DNA of 64,000 nucleotides from Spongospora subterranea f. sp. subterranea (Eukaryota): NCBI GenBank assembly GCA_049724395.1, contig JAUGWO010000024.1, positions 124,001 to 188,000 of the forward strand, read 5' to 3'. Shown piece by piece: positions 50,575 to 64,000 of this stretch (position 1 is its first letter; each line of letters starts with the position of its first letter). The notes under the pieces were generated by a model. It saw only the letters and a program-made list of their open reading frames with translations, ran no database searches and was not told where the DNA came from. The position numbers and the translations under genes were made by a program.

Positions 50575-52404
50575 ATGATGCCGCCAGCGTTCACCCCGTT
50601 CACGGCTTTGGTAGCTACCCTGCATGATCGGGCTCTCGCAATGGATGTGCTGCATAAGACGTTAGAATCGGTGGTGTCGTATATGGGAGATTCCGAACTT
50701 CATGTTGTCGCCGTCGACGCCGGAATCCTGTCGGATTTGCGGTTTTGGCTTAATCATTCCGAAGTGATCAAACGCTCTGACATCCAGATTGTCGTGTGGG
50801 TCATCATCGAGAAGCTCATGAACCTGTTTGATGGTCGCCAGGTGTTTCTCGACGAGGTTGGGATTCCGATTCACATTAGTCTTTTTTCATAACGTCACGA
50901 AACATATCGGTGCACTTGTGGAATGTTTGCCCCATGATCCTTTTTCACTAGAATATCATTCAACGTTGTTATTGTCTCGATGTCCGAAATGAAACCCAGT
51001 TGATCTTTCTATCTGTATCCTTGTCGGACCGCCTTCTCGCCGAGGCAGATATCCAGCAAAAATGGTTGAGTTTTGATGTTGCTGCTAAGTTCCGTCTTGA
51101 GATACATGTCATAATTTTAGTCTCCAATCGTTCTGGTGTAACAAACTTTAATGTGTTCAACCTGTTTGTTGTCACGTTATTGTTACCCGTCAAGTCATGG
51201 ATGGCATGTCTGCGCAACGTTTCACCAACTGCTCTCAGTTGGCGGTCTGACATTGATTTGCGCTGCGTTGATTTACGTTATCAATCATATCGCACTGGGG
51301 TTCGCACTATTTGTGTTACATGATACCTGTGTCAAATATTTCTCACCACTGATCATCATTATCAATACAGGTCGATGGTGTCGATCTCGTGCTGGGTTCG
51401 TTGTCGGATCCGAAATCTGTCGTCCGGCTTGCCACAGCACGGGCCCTATTGCGTCTTGCTGAGGGCCCCGATTCTTTCAGTGTTTTGCTGAAACAGTCGA
51501 AAGTTATCCCGCGTCTGCTGGTTATTCTTTTCGATAGTGACAGTCGAGTTGCATGCTGTGTAGCAGCGTCACTTGCATCTTTACTTCCATGTAACTTTCA
51601 TAATGGTTAGATTTGACCTGCGAACTCAGTTTAACATCAGATCGTGCACAATTACCCAATCCAGCTGATTACAAACAGCTGCTACATTTGATTACGCATT
51701 CAACGCAGAATGGCGATATTCTCAATGTGACAAGATGTATATGGAGCATGTCGAACTGCATTGAAGCTAAAGAGGCCATCATCGCAGCAGGAGCAATTCC
51801 CGTTTTGACGACGTTACTTACTCACGAAGTCAAGGCCATAGCTAGTGGAGCAGCTGGCGCTATTATGGCTTTGTCTGCGTCGATAAAAGGCAAGCAGGCT
51901 TCGATTGATTCTCCGAAGACTATTCCTACCCTATGCGATATTGTTCGTCGCACCAGTGACGACAGTCCATTGAGGACGAACGCTGCTATATGTTTACGCC
52001 ATATTTGCGAGCAAACCGAAGCTCTGCACCTGGTCGGTGCTCGACTGTTGCGCTATCCGTCAGTTCTTGGGCAAGTCCTTGGGCCGGCTGCAGTTTCAAG
52101 GATCATTGAGCCATACATCGTCGAAAAACGCGACCGTGCGTCGGTGGTAAAGGTCCTAGAAGCCTTGGTTCAAGATGAAGCTGGATGCAAAGCTGCTTTC
52201 GACTGCTTGAACGTAATTCCGTTTTTGTTTGATGCCGCAGCCGAAGATGACGGTTGCACCGCGGTTTTGCATCAAATATGCTCCAATTGCGCCCCGGCTA
52301 GGAAATACTTCAACTCGTTGGTACAGAAGCAACCCACTGTCCCCGCTGCCGTTGAGAGCGTTTTCCGCGATCTTGATTCCCTCAGCATTACATCCGCTTC
52401 ATAG
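50575..52404 (+). CDS. Armadillo-repeat protein, RSPH14/RTDR1-like (radial spoke), multi-exon
   Basis: GRQVFLDE|; LSDPKSVVRLATARALLRLAE; EAKEAIIAAGAIPVLTTLL...ASGAAGAIMALSASIKGKQA; LRTNAAICLRHICE parallels RSPH14 ARM repeats. Start codon uncertain. Confidence 0.65.
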
Positions 52405-52584
52405 TTTTATTATACAGCTTGATTATAATTTTAGCCATCCGTCCGGCACAGCAAAGATTCCCGCTGTGTTCTCTCTTTTCCATCAGGTCGCAATGATTGC
52501 GCTATTTTTGTAATCGGGCCGATAACGGAATATCCTTCACTCAACTCTGATAGAAGCACGCGCCATTCGCCTTGCCATCTACTG

Positions 52585-53487
52585 ATGGACCCGTTATCGC
52601 TTCCAACCTTGCCCTCGTCAGCGTCGACGAAGGTGCGTCTTCGTCTGATTCAGGACTTCATCGAACGGTTTGAATACAATCACACCGGGTTCAACTTCTT
52701 TCGGTCAGTTCGACCAACCATCCGAAAGCAGAATTTGAATTATGCAGTAGAATCAGCAAATCGCAATCAATGGTGTCAATGTTGGAGACAGTCCAGAGTA
52801 TGATCCGGGAGCCTTTGCCCATAAAATGTCTGGAAGCTTGCGCCATGGCCATGGTTTTGACGATGTCGGATGGGCTTATGACAAGGTGGCCACTACGGTT
52901 CCGCTCACGAGTGAATGGACTACGCTATTGGCATATCGTCTGCATGGTCGAAAGTGGTGAACGGTTCGGTGCTCTAGGATTGAGTCGCCGGCCCACGCTC
53001 GGATACAAACCTCTCGTATTACGACTCAATAGCTACACGTAATCAGATTTCTTTAGAAAATGATTTTGAATTGCGGCAGAAAGTTGTTTGTGCTTAACAT
53101 TATTCCACCATATTGCACTGAATCAAAGAAATAACCAAGTTTTTCTATTGGTGTTGCTAGTTGTTGCAGATTTCATTGAATCGTATTGCGCTTGTGGACA
53201 CCAAGTAGACCGGGTAACAATCGGTGCTCCATTCCCACGAGGTAAACCTTCATTGGTTTCCCGATATGGCTGTTATAAATGTTCTTGCAGAGGGCGATAA
53301 TGTTGAAGCGATCGATTGGGCCAATCTCGTATTACCGATCGATCGAATGTCGGGCGAAGATATTGATCGCGAGACACAAGCTTTTCGGCAATGCCGACAT
53401 CATATCGCTTTGATTCCTGTTAAAGAAAGTTCCAAAGCGCGCCGCAAGGTAAACAATAAACAATTGAGGGCAAGAGACCATGTTTGA
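52585..53487 (+). CDS. VASH: Vasohibin family tubulin carboxypeptidase (detyrosinase), multi-exon
   Basis: IQDFIERFEYNHTG..FF, REPLPIKCLEA (catalytic Cys), RFRSRVNG..YWHIV (catalytic His), FGALGLSRR, YKPL, SYCACGH. Confidence 0.93.
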
Positions 53488-54180
53488 TTGAAACGATGGA
53501 TTGAAGCAGCAGTAAAATTTCTCTGTGTAGAAAACTACGATAAGATTGATCTTGAAACCCCATATGGCCCCCCAGATGGCAGACTTCAATTAGATGGCGA
53601 GGTTGTAGGTCTTTACGAACGACTACGCTGGTGATCGACGAATGCACGACTCAGGAGCCGTTCGTCCATTTCGAGCGACGTATTCGCATTCAGCCATTTT
53701 GCACGTTGCCCAGCTATTGTTCTACGTTCTCTGAAAATCTCTCGCCTTTCCTAGAGCTTCTTCTGTAGGGTGCCATAATTATTTTGTATTTCGAGCTTTG
53801 AAAAGTCACCCCAATGGTCCGTCGTCAAGCACCCCATCCGCGGGACCACCGAGTGTTGACGTCGTCGTATAACGACATTGGCCACTATGATTGCGGAAAT
53901 TCATTGCATACCCAGCTCTGTTTTGTGCCCTAGTAGATTGCTGAGCACCTCTTGAACCAAAAAGGATCTGCACCCATCCGATTAATGAATCTAGCATACC
54001 GGATTTCAAATCGACGAACAGAGAAATGGTCGGACACACCAACTGAATGACCGGGTTACCGTCACAGTGCCTGAGTGCGGCCTGTGACTCTGGTGCGTGT
54101 TTACTGTGTACATGCCTACTGTTACAGCCCACTGGATGTGCGACCTGGCGGCACGCACAAGGCGGTGGATCACTCAACAG

Positions 54181-57100
54181 ATGATCCTGATCGCAATCGC
54201 TTTGCTGGCCGCAATCGCCCCGGTATTGGCATTCGATGATGGCGAGCAGTTCCGGGAGCGCTTGTTGATCCGGCCATTGCCTGATCACAATGTCCTTCTT
54301 CATTTCGATTTCAACATGACCATTGATCGACGTAAACTCATTCAACATAAATCGCTTTTTTACAGTTTCGAAATCCCAACGGGTTCATTTTTTTTTTGTA
54401 ATGACTTTCTTACAATGGAGGTTGATCTGCCCCGCAACACTATCTCATCAATGTTCCTTCTAGTGTTAGATCCAGATGATGAACATTATCGCTTTTTCCC
54501 CAAATCAATCGCTCAAATCATCACCAAACATCAGGTCTGATTGCACATTCGTTTTTGCTTTTCACTTTCTTTTTCTTTTCATATTTAAATTGCGAGAGCG
54601 AGGTTGCTGTCATTTACCCGCTGAACATGGTTCTGCCATTACCTCGCGTCCAGTTTTCAACATAACTGGCCTGATTCCAACTGCTGTTTTCAGTAATCAC
54701 AGTTTAATCATCCAAATCCATGCTCCAGGTGGGCGAATTTGTTCTAAAATTAACGCAAGGGCGTTGGCGCTATGCCCATTGGGGCCTACCCGTAGTTCCG
54801 GCCCCGACCGGTGCCGAACTCATTGCCTGGGTTCATCGGCACGATTCCGACCCTACTGTTGGGTTAGTGTTAGAAACTGGTCACCTTTATCGTTCACCCA
54901 TCACTCTTCCTTTGATTTATACCTTACCCTTTCACGTCTGTTTTTTACAGTAGTCGCACCGTAATTACCTGTTTGTTTTCTCTCTTCAAAGTTGTTAGTC
55001 CAATGCTAACCTGTTGATAAGTGTTTGTTGAAAAGGGGTTGAAATTGATTTTCCTTTTAACTGTCCATTTTGACTGGATCAATGTCTAGATCTCAGCGCT
55101 GGTCGGGTGTTCAGCAATCATTAAGCGGTATGCTATGCGCCTCCCTACAGCAGTTGGGCAAGAATGTGCACACGTGTCGACGCGTTCCAGATTCAGCCAT
55201 CGCCCCCGAGTCGCGTCCGGTTTTTGTCAACACCTCGACTCACGAGACGTTTTATGGGGTCCTTCCACGTGAGGCCGTCTGCACAGAGGTAAACAGAATT
55301 CACAAATCGTTGTTAAAACCGTTTTAAATTTGTTCATCATTTCTGCCTCGCATACATTGCATTGCGCAAAACAACACATTTGGTGGCGAATGATTGTGTA
55401 CGAGTGCAAATATATCGAGTTGCCAATAATTTTTTCAAATTCGCATGTTGGGTTTTTTCTGTCTAATAAACTCGTATGACCCGATCACATTGCACTGACA
55501 CAATAATATGTTTTCTGAGCGTAAAAAAATGTTTTTTTCTCAGAATCTGACGCCATGGGCCAAACTGTTGCCCTGTCGTACTCGTGGCGGTTTAGGGAGG
55601 TTGCTGAGTCCGTTAGATTTGCACGATGCGTCCTACCACTCTATGGGCATTCATGTGTACTCCGAGACCAACGCTAACAATGAACAGCGAACGGTACATA
55701 GATAAAAAAACCCATCATGGTTTCGCTAACCCGTTACAATTCAGATTGCCCGATTCTTCCTGTCCGTAGTTTTGGATCCAACATACCTGTATAGGTCTAA
55801 AGGTTATCCTAATATTACTACTTCGTAAAGCGAGAGTTTCATATCGTGGGCCATTGTGTTGCATCTTCTGTCATTAGATTTCTTTGTCAATAGTCTCACT
55901 TTTTTTCCAGTTGATAGTAGGGTTCAATTCGGTTTTGTAAAGAATTCGTTTTTCGCGAGTTTTGCATATGAGAGTAATTGTTTCCCTTAATCTGCAAATA
56001 TATTGAATATGTTTGATCCAGTGTGGAGCTTACGTTCATTATTGCCTCACGCTACGCTCCCGATGCAATGCTCTCCGTACGGTTAAGTTAGCAGACAGTG
56101 TTTTACGTCAGGATAGTCAACTTCTGTTCAGAGTTAGCACTGAGTGTGAAGTCCATTTTGATGCAGTAAACGCGATCAATGCCAATGGTGCTACTCCTGG
56201 CCTAACTACTCCTGTTCCCATACGACGAACTGTACAATAATTCACTTTTCGGTTACCGTTTTTTTTTTCAATAGCGATTTCTTAGCTGGGTTTACAGTTA
56301 TGTAACAGAAGACGACAATTTGAAGTTCTCAACCGAATAATCTTTCCGGAGCATTGTCCCCGGGCTGCCTGGGGTTGTGTTTTTTTAACGTCCAAACGTT
56401 CTTACATTGTTTTATTAATATTATTATTATTTTTTAATTGCAATATTTTCATAGGGAAATGTGCTTGTATTCGATCCCACCGATTTTGATTTGTCATTTG
56501 ACCCTGGTCATGAATACCTGGCCAAGTTCCCGGTTCGGGACACGCCGATCGTTGTTCAGCGTTATGCTACGGGTCGCGGCCTGCAGTCCGGAGGTATCGT
56601 GAACACCGTCGTCAATTCCGGAAGCGTCGCTCGTAACGTTACCCTGTTTGATACGTTGCCATGGTAAGAATCAAGATTAACTTCGCATTATTTTCCTTCA
56701 AGATGCGTTTTGATTTTCATATGCTCTAGTTTTGTTTGGATTTGGGAGTCGGGGACCGGCAATACTGTTGGCAAGAAACGTTTGTCAATTCATGTGTAGC
56801 GTTTCAATTTTCTGGTGATTCTGTGTTCCCCAGTGATTTTATTCGCTGTTGGTTTTTTCATTAGCAGTTTCGATGCAGGGTTCTCTCTCATTTACAGTTT
56901 GACGCTGTAGGTATTTCCGTGTTTATTTCCACACGCTGTCGATGACAATAAACGGGAGCGTCATCGAACCCTCGTTTATGTCATTTCAGCCAGCTCGGCA
57001 GGATTCAAGCCCCAGTATGATCACGATCGAAGTCGAAATTCCTCCAATGTCGACCTGCCTCATATCAATGCAGTACGATAAGGTGTTTCTTCCCATCAAA

Positions 57101-57818
57101 GACTTCCCGTAAGTACAACTTTTGCTGAATTTATCGTGTTCTGTAATTTCGGTGCGCGATCTTCATGCTCAAAATTTGCCAGTTTTTAACTGATTTTTAG
57201 ACCCGACGTTGCGCGGGGATTCGATCTAGGCCCCGCTGTAGTCAACGTCGCCCCCAATGGTGTGTGATTTCTCGTCTGTTATCCTTCAACTTTTAATTGA
57301 TGCGCTCCTTAGGTCCTCGACTCTACACCGAATCGTTGATTGTGCTGTTCCCGGGCCCGGATATGTCTATGCCATTTAACGTAATCGCCTTCACCAGTAC
57401 TTTCCTCGCCTTCTTCTTTGGAACTATGGTAAGCCAGCAACAATATTCGAAGTTCGCCAACTACCAAGTTTCGTAAACGAGTTTTGGTATGATCGAAATT
57501 TCAATGTCTGAAAACTTTGCAACTCCGTTTTCCGTTCAGCTTTTCTGCTTAATGATATTCTTAAGTTTGGTTGACGTACTGCGGGTTTTTAAATCATTTA
57601 TATACGCGATCAAAGTTATTTTGTATATATTCGTAAATCCTCAGGTGTTTTTGATTTGAGATTCTGCGTTATGGTAGTTTAATGTATTATATCGCCATCC
57701 GACCGAATTATCGAGCCGCGAGCGTGGTGGTCTTCTGGTCAAGTTGATCCGTTTCCTAATTGGGAAGGGCAAAGCGATTGTGGCATCGCTCAAGGACGAT
57801 AAAATCAAACAGCGCTAA
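54181..57818 (+). CDS. PIGT: GPI transamidase component PIG-T/GPI16, multi-exon
   Basis: Signal peptide; EQFRERLLIRPL, FPKSI, LTQGRWRYAHWG, PTGAEL, LSGMLCASL, LPREAVCTE|NLTPWAKLLPC, PDVARGF, PDMSMPFNVIAFTST; C-terminal KIKQR (KxKxx ER retrieval signal). Confidence 0.95.
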
Positions 57819-58172
57819 CGCTGTCGTTAAAACCAACAATACAAATGTGTTTTGCATAATTAACCTGGAATGCATGTTAACTATTTTTTAGCACAAAAAA
57901 GCAGATGGCAGATCCTTTCTATACTAATGAGCCATTTTTGTACTCGGGCTTTCCAAGAGCAACGAAAAGCACTAAAATAAAAAATTAACATCATGGCTTC
58001 AGTTAATATGAATTCGTAACAAAAAATAAATAGAGTCAAGAAGAGAAGATAACCTGACCGATACAAACAGAAGTAAACTGCCAGCTATTATATTTAAAAG
58101 ACGGCGATACGTTGGGACTTCAATTCGCATGATATCAATCGATCTGCGGATGACTGATCGCCCCATAGATAC

Positions 58173-60108
58173 TTAAACATAATACAACAACGACGCTTTC
58201 TTCTTGGCTTTCACCTGGTTAATTCCTTCCATAAAGTCTTCGTGCCCTAGTTCGACAGCACCGCGTCGCAATGCCAACATACCGGCTTCAACACAAACCG
58301 CTTTTAGCTGAGCACCATTGAAATCATCGGCGCAACTGACGACGGAAAAAGTGAGAAGAAAACACCACGTACAAAAATCTGTTACCGAGCTAATTCGGCG
58401 AAATTGACATCGTCCTTGCTGTAGTTCATTTTCCGGCAATGGATTGCCAAAATTCGCTTCCGTCCCTGTTCGTTAGGTAAGGGGAATTCAATTTTACGGT
58501 CCAACCTGCCGGAACGTAGCAAAGCTGGATCCAAGATATCGGGGCGATTTGTACATGCAATAACCTAAATTCGCCGATCAGGGCGACGCTCAGTGCAGCG
58601 AATCTTCATACCTTGATTCTGGAATCACTGCTGAATCCATCCAGCTGGTTGAGCAACTCCAACATAGTGCGCTGCACTTCACGGTCGCCAGACTTATCGC
58701 TATCAAACCTGTGTATAACAAAAAGCGTCAGCGGGAAAACAAAGTGCTGGCAAGAACGAAAAATCAAAAATGAACGCAACATCAGCACTGTTCGAACCGG
58801 ACCGTTTTGTCCCAATGGCATCGATTTCATCAATAAAAATGATGGCGGGACTTTTTTCCTTCGCAAGCTCAAATGCATCCCGGACAAGTTTGGCACCGTC
58901 CCCGATGAACATCTGGACTAATTGTGGTGCAGCAATCTTCAAAAAGCATGCATTGGTCTGTGCCGCACAAGCACCTGTTTTTCAAATTGATGCTGGCGAA
59001 AAATACCGACTGATTTGAAAGAATCAACTTACGAGCAATCATTGTTTTACCTGTCCCTGGTGGACCATACAGCAAAACTCCTTTGGGCGGCTGGATACCA
59101 ACAGCTAAAAACCGTTCCATGTGGGTCATAGGAAGGACGATCGCCTCAATCAATTCCTAAAGTTCAAAGCTCAAATTAACGAAAACGAATAAAACGTATG
59201 TAAAATGTTGACCCGGCAATTGAAACAGTTACGAAAAGGGCAAAAAAGCTGCCATGTTTCTCGGTACTAACCTCGATTTGCTTGTCAAGACCTCCGATAT
59301 CGGTGTAATTTTCGGTAGGCTTCTCATCAACTTCCATGGCCTTGACACGAGAATCAAACTCTGTCGGAAGCTTGTCCAAAACCAGGTAAGAATCTTTATT
59401 GACACCGACTAAATCACCGGGTTTTAGCTCAGCTGGATCTACCAATCCCACAACGGGAAGGAACACTATATTGAAAGCGGCCGAGTTAGATCGTTTGTTC
59501 ACAGGTATGGAAAGATCCGAAAACGTGGGAAAATTGACAAAATCACCTGTCTGTCGTGTACTGGTTTTAACCACAACGCATTTGCCTTTTCGGGTCGCGT
59601 TGAGATCAACAGCCGCACCGTCCTCTTCGGTGTCCTCATCCAATTCTAAAACTTCAACAATATTCGCTACCAGGTACGGAAGCTGCTTATTCAACTTGAT
59701 TTTCTCGTAGTTATCTATAATCTCAAAACGTTAGATTTTTAAAGGTGGAAAAAAGGCAAGAGCATGAGATGGAAGCTTATATGAAAAATTTAGGATATTA
59801 TCCTAAAACGCTGATACGTCGAAGGGGGAGAATTGAAACAACAAATAAATTACACAACCAGAAAGTACATATTAAACCCCTTAAACACCTTTGATTTTGG
59901 CGTGCATGGTTTTTTGTTCATGTGTAAGGCGAGTTGCCTCTGAGGTCATCACCCGAACGTTCGTATCCAGCATACGAGTTAGGCCTTCTAACTGCTCTGT
60001 AGTCTTAGAGGCGATTTCCCGATCAATATCATCGTTGGCGGCATCGTCCTCTCCCCAGATGGCGCGATCCGTCAATGGCGCGGCATCAGTCATCACAACA
60101 TCGGCCAT
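58173..60108 (-). CDS. RPT5: 26S proteasome regulatory AAA-ATPase subunit 6A (RPT5/PSMC3), multi-exon
   Basis: [84 protein letters not shown]-terminal LLYYV. Confidence 0.97.
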
Positions 60109-62098
60109 CGCTGCTTTTGAAAGCCTGGCGATTCCTAGAGCGAATCCAGTTCCTGATTGTGATTGATTTCAGCACACAGCCGATCTCCACACAATTAAAC
60201 TTGTTAAACTGCCGCGCCTATTAGAGATTAACTGCGACAAGTCAAGCGGGTTGCACCATATGTTGCGCAGCCCCTCAAGTCCCACTGTGTACCAGGGTAC
60301 TGTACCTATCGGAACCGGTCATTCACGGTCGGGAACTGGCCCGTACCTGTAGGTTTTCAGAAGCTGTATGGATGGGATGTCGTGGGCTCCCGCCACTGGG
60401 ACGGCTGTCCATTTCGAGTCTTTGACGTTGCGTTGTGAAGGCGTGTGGTCACAAGCAACGCCAAAGACTCGAAATGGACAGCCGTCCCAATGGCCTATCG
60501 CTACAAGTGTCAAGTGCAGCAACGCGACAGGTACATGGTCAACGGGAAATGATGAATTTGTACAGTACCACGATATCGCATATCAATGATATTATGTTTT
60601 CAAAGCTGATGAGGTTTTCCTGATCTTGACCCTGGAATTTGAGACCTGTTTGGCGATAGGGACTCTGAATAAAGCGGCAATCGATGATTACGATTTATAA
60701 ACTGAATAAGGTGCCGCTGTTTGTTCAACGAGGAATGGGTCTTCCGACAATTATTACGCTCGTGGCGAATAGATGACGAAAACGATAACACAATTCAGTA
60801 GCAGCGATGTGACGATCAATAAGGAGAAAAAATCGGTTGGAAATTGCCCAACTTGCCCAGCAGCATTGAACATGGATTGGGAAGTGATTGATTGACAATG
60901 CAGCGGACACTTTATTGCCTAGCCAATTTGACACGTTCACGAGGTAACTACGATTGTTAGGACTCTTCTCCCTGATGAACCATCCTGATTGTAGTGGTTT
61001 TTTGAAAATCCTTTGATCCAAATTTCGCCAATTTCCTGATCAGGTTGGCCTACGGTTACGCTGTAGACGTTAGATTTTTAAAGCCGGCGATTATTCTGTC
61101 AATCAAGATGTTTTGCAAAGCTACCTATGTGCCATGAGAAGCAAAGTTAGCACTCGAGCACCGATGCAGGCAGACATCCTCCGCATTCAAGCCAAGAACG
61201 CTACAAGTGGAATGGCTTTCATGATTCGCTCACTCTATTGTATGCATGGGATTGAGCCTACTGTAAACAGCATGGGCAGAACAAAGAATCAAATAAGGAA
61301 GGGCAGTTATTTTTCGCCGAAGGCCATGAAATCATCGGAATGCAACGATATTAATGTTCTGCACGCACAGACCTGCTCGTCGATTCAGCTCATTCTTGGT
61401 GGAGTTTGATGAAATCATGGTTTGCCCTTCTTCTCTTGCAAATTTGAGACTCTTGCAATTTAGTGAGCCATTTCTTTGCGAGATGTGGAGTTCTGAAACT
61501 TTGCAAAGAACAATAGCCCTGATTAGGTATTTGATTTATTACCGATTTCATCGCTGTCAGTAATGAAAATGTTGGATTTTGTTCGCCAGTGTTTTAGCAT
61601 GAACTTGTAGTCCAGCGCCTTACCAGTTATCATGTCGAAAAGCATGATTTCGACACTGCTGTTTGGCGGTATTTCGTTTCTTATCTGGGCTGATGTCGTG
61701 TGTTCTCGACAACCTTGATCATAGTAGCAAATTAGCGATATCGGTCTCAGAGGAGAACAAGATGAAGAGAAATATTCAACGTGGCACAATAAGCATCACC
61801 TCGAGGGGATGATCATAGCTCACCGGTGGACAGGACGAATGGTTTTCTACGGGTGAAACGACGTCTATTCCTGGCGATTTTCCGACTGTCCATACTTTCG
61901 CTATGCAACTGGTCACACTGTCACAGTGGACGTTCATGTGGGGCCGCCTGACCCAACTACGGTATTATTCAGATGCGTACAGACTGTGTACCGTCGCCGG
62001 ACATGAATCAGTCGCGAAGTGGCTAAAACGGTGTCGCCCTCGAAACATCGTTTGGTCCTCGCGGGCAGAAGATGCTAATAATTCCAGCTAAAAATCCG

Positions 62099-62680
62099 AT
62101 GGGTAGGATTGTTGAGACAGCAATGACGTTTTGATAGATTTGTCTGAGCAGGGCGACGTAAAATCGAGATCGCTGAATTGCCCGCCGGCAAACAAAGGAC
62201 GGCAACGTTCAGAAAAAGAAAAGCTGGGCGTACGTTAACGGTTATAACAAATTGATTGCATGTAGAAAACCTGATATATAGTTGTAAAAAAAGCTGTCGA
62301 GCTGGCGACGCTTACTGACTGTGATATCGGTACACGCCACCATTTCACATCTTCCTTCTCAATTTATGCTTCGTGTAGCGATGATCATTATGCGAAAAAA
62401 CCAAGTCGTTCAGTTCTCGACTAAGAATATTTCTGACATTTGGGAGGAATTCCATTCTGCAAATTCCCGCAAAATCGACGATCTGACAGATCTGCCGGAT
62501 TTGGACATCGCAGATATCTGGCAGAACGCTGCGCAACCGTTTGGGGCAACAACAGCCTACGACATAAATCCAATTTACGAGAACGGTTCAACAACTCAAG
62601 CGCTGCCGTTGCTTGCACGAGGACATATTGTTTATCCTGCGATCATCACAAATTACGATCTTGGATCACCGGATTTTTGA
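62099..62680 (+). CDS. MADS-box (SRF/MEF2-type) transcription factor, 4 exons, 143 aa
   Basis: Exons 62099-62102, 62152-62229, 62282-62329 and 62379-62680 (all GT-AG) give MGRRKIEIAELPAGKQRTATFRKRKAGLVKKAVELATLTDCDIAMIIMRKNQVVQFSTKNI... Confidence 0.92.
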
Positions 62681-62746
62681 TTTTGAAAAACATAGCGTTC
62701 TTTTATACATATACAGTAAATAAAATGACATGGATGACAATACATT

Positions 62747-64000
62747 CTACACAGATAGAGGATAAAGGACGTCATCCGGTAAATAGGGAACCATTGGAGG
62801 AGCAGGTGGGGTGACAGATGTCAATCCCCCTTCCGGCAAGCTGATGAACGTAACGGACACCTTGATCAGGAATGATTGCCTCTCGGAGTCAGTAACTGTC
62901 CTCATCTGCCATCTAAATTGCCGCGCTGAGTTGGAGACACAATATTCACGATAAACATGGCGCTGACGTTGTTGTCCCGTATTTGACCCTGGCAGCCACA
63001 ATCGTCGATTGTGGATTAGATACACTTCCTAGAAAACCAGTAAGCACCTCGATCTGCAGCGAATCGACGACTCCGATACATGAGTTTCGGATTGATGACC
63101 AGATCTGCAAATCTGTTTCAGAAACAGTTGTGAATGCTCACAATGGCAATACAAAAGAGGACGGCGGATCGTCTTTTGTCACAAACACCCATTCCGACGG
63201 ATTGTTATACGAAGAATTTCCCCATTGCCCAAGATAAAGCGGATCCAGCACATTCAGGTAATCGGAGATTTTTCCGGCCCGACACATAGTTTCGAGTTCA
63301 GTCGCAGAAAGATGGATCAAACAGCTGGACAATAAAGATTCTCCGAAGCCAACAACAATCCGATCCGACTCCAACAGCGAACAAGATGAAGTCGAACTCG
63401 CTAAGATGTTAGTCAGCTTCGAGCTCAGAGCATGGATAGCGTTGTACCATGAAGTGTCAATCCATTAACTTGCTGCTCAATGAACTCCCTTCCGTTTAGT
63501 ATCACTTTTTGACCGGCAAGAAGTGGATATCCAGGTAGATATCCAGGATTGCCCGACTTCGGCCTGCTATCATCTATTTGGACCCAATCCTGATGTTGTG
63601 AATTAGTGTGAAGTTTGTTCTGAGCTGGTGCAGAATTTGATCCTAACCCTGATGAAAGTGGTAGAAAAAGTTTGCTCAACTTTTGCTGAAGCAGAAGGAG
63701 AGCATTTTCCGCTAGCAGTAACATTCGAGACTTTTAGTGATGCTCTTACAAACGATATTTGTCCAGATTTACTGTAGCCGATGTTATAGGAGACCTTAAA
63801 AGAATATAAAAGATGTTTGAATAAGCACTTGTTTGAAAACCTACTCCAACGATAGCGTTAGTGCAAACACAAGATGCATTCACATAAACTGGAACGGGGA
63901 CATTTGCAACCGGTGTTCTGACTTTGGTAACGGGGTCTTCATAAAATATAGACGTTACGTTGACGGAGAGATAGCCTGATGGAACTTCAGGCGAAGCGGT
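62747..64000 (-). CDS. TCTN: Tectonic family ciliary transition-zone protein, 3' part (5' end beyond window)
   Basis: CVCTNAIVG|VSYNIGY, RPKSGNPGYLPGYPLLAG, VGFGESLLSSC, YLGQWGNS...EWV, GSVSNPQSTIVAAR, VSVTFI, LPDDVLYPL. Confidence 0.88.

Noticed and set aside
8022..60166. Numerous ORF-track entries antisense to or overlapping RRP12, MACPF, RPT5, PIG-T and others
   Set aside because: Shadow ORFs of real coding exons with no independent evidence.
60295..60569. MITE bounded by ggtactgtac / gtacagtacc
   Set aside because: Only a 10-bp inverted match, with no TSD or second copy.
60600..61900. Possible minus-strand multi-exon gene between RPT5 and the MADS-box gene
   Set aside because: Only short ORFs, with no recognisable motif or confident splice model.

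Overview
Compact, intron-rich eukaryotic DNA of roughly balanced GC. Introns are mostly 40-60 nt GT-AG, so the ORF track fragments most genes. Gene content (flagellar genes, a secreted ankyrin protein, a Crinkler-like NTPase relic) suggests a flagellated plant-parasitic protist such as a plasmodiophorid; this is inference only. The window has two conserved gene-dense blocks. The first (~5.5-13.1 kb) holds a MACPF/perforin-like gene, RRP12 and TVP23. The second (~50.5-64 kb) holds an RSPH14-like ARM protein, vasohibin, PIG-T/GPI16, RPT5, an intron-split MADS-box gene and tectonic. Between them lies a ~37 kb compartment rich in transposon relics (Ty3/gypsy chromoviral, copia, hAT, Penelope-like, pogo, and a GCM-domain MULE carrying a USP-like protease domain), interleaved with candidate secreted effector genes and a PX-ankyrin-sphingosine kinase gene. 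Highlights: (1) a signal-peptide protein with exon-level tandem repeats containing a DLNxxP EAR-like motif plus three copies of an unfamiliar Cys/His-rich domain; (2) a secreted perforin-like protein with apicomplexan-PLP-like architecture; (3) the GCM-MULE-USP element; (4) a recurrent local inversion/inverted-duplication signature in at least six independent relics. Exon boundaries were read by eye and coordinates of degenerate elements are approximate.
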